Virus record (IMG/VR): IMGVR_UViG_3300036771_000058
Span: 1 to 54,935 of that record
Reading direction: 5' to 3' (one strand)
DNA from: a virus
Lineage: Duplodnaviria > Caudoviricetes
DNA: 54,935 nt
Shown here: piece by piece, positions 54,897 to 54,935 of the stretch
Numbering within the stretch: position 1 is the first letter of the stretch
Layout of the letters: every line of letters begins with the position of its first letter
Program-made: the position numbers and the translations under genes
Notes under the pieces: model-generated
Told to the model about the DNA's origin: nothing
Seen by the model: the letters and a program-made list of their open reading frames with translations, nothing else
Database searches by the model: none

Positions 54897-54935
54897 AAAA
54901 GAGGTGATTAATATGGATGGGAAAGTATGCAGGAA

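Larger units (their letters stand above)
1..54935. mobile_element. Near-complete temperate siphophage / plasmid prophage of the Bacillus cereus group, circularly permuted with overlapping ends
   Basis: Full set of packaging, head, tail, lysis, lysogeny and replication modules; parA plus Xer-like resolvase and no att-type integrase; 1-127 is identical to 54211-54337 and 609-721 is identical to 54823-54935. Confidence 0.9.

Overview
The window is an essentially complete temperate siphophage genome of about 54.2 kb from the Bacillus cereus group. The host assignment is inferred from the protein families and the AT-rich sequence. It looks like a phage-plasmid: there is no att-associated full-length integrase, but it carries a ParA/RHH partition cassette with centromere repeats and a minimal Xer-like resolvase. 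Module order: nucleotide metabolism and accessory genes (dUTPase, HNH, small ORFs), ArpU late activator, a ~0.9 kb structured non-coding late leader, TerS / Xer-like recombinase / TerL, head, tail with an SGNH-esterase receptor-binding protein, lysis, an FtsK + Replic_Relax module, partition, a ~1.1 kb gene-free locus, lysogenic-conversion genes, an arbitrium-like aimR-aimP-aimX cassette, the cI/cro/antirepressor switch, YqaJ-RecT, and initiator/loader/helicase. The two ends overlap but carry different dUTPase alleles. The strongest novelty candidate is the gene-free locus at 37770-38880. It has convergent promoters, a ~175-nt counter-transcript with three ColE1-like UUGGU(AG) loops, a terminator/anti-terminator switch and a GC-rich hairpin-dense RNA with no rep ORF, which suggests an RNA-controlled, Rep-less replicon in a Gram-positive phage-plasmid. 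Other candidates are a family of long RNA hairpins displaying anti-Shine-Dalgarno loops, antisense and SOS control of aimR, non-AUG starts on three morphogenesis genes, and cassette-junction motifs. All calls were made by eye, with no database searches or folding software.
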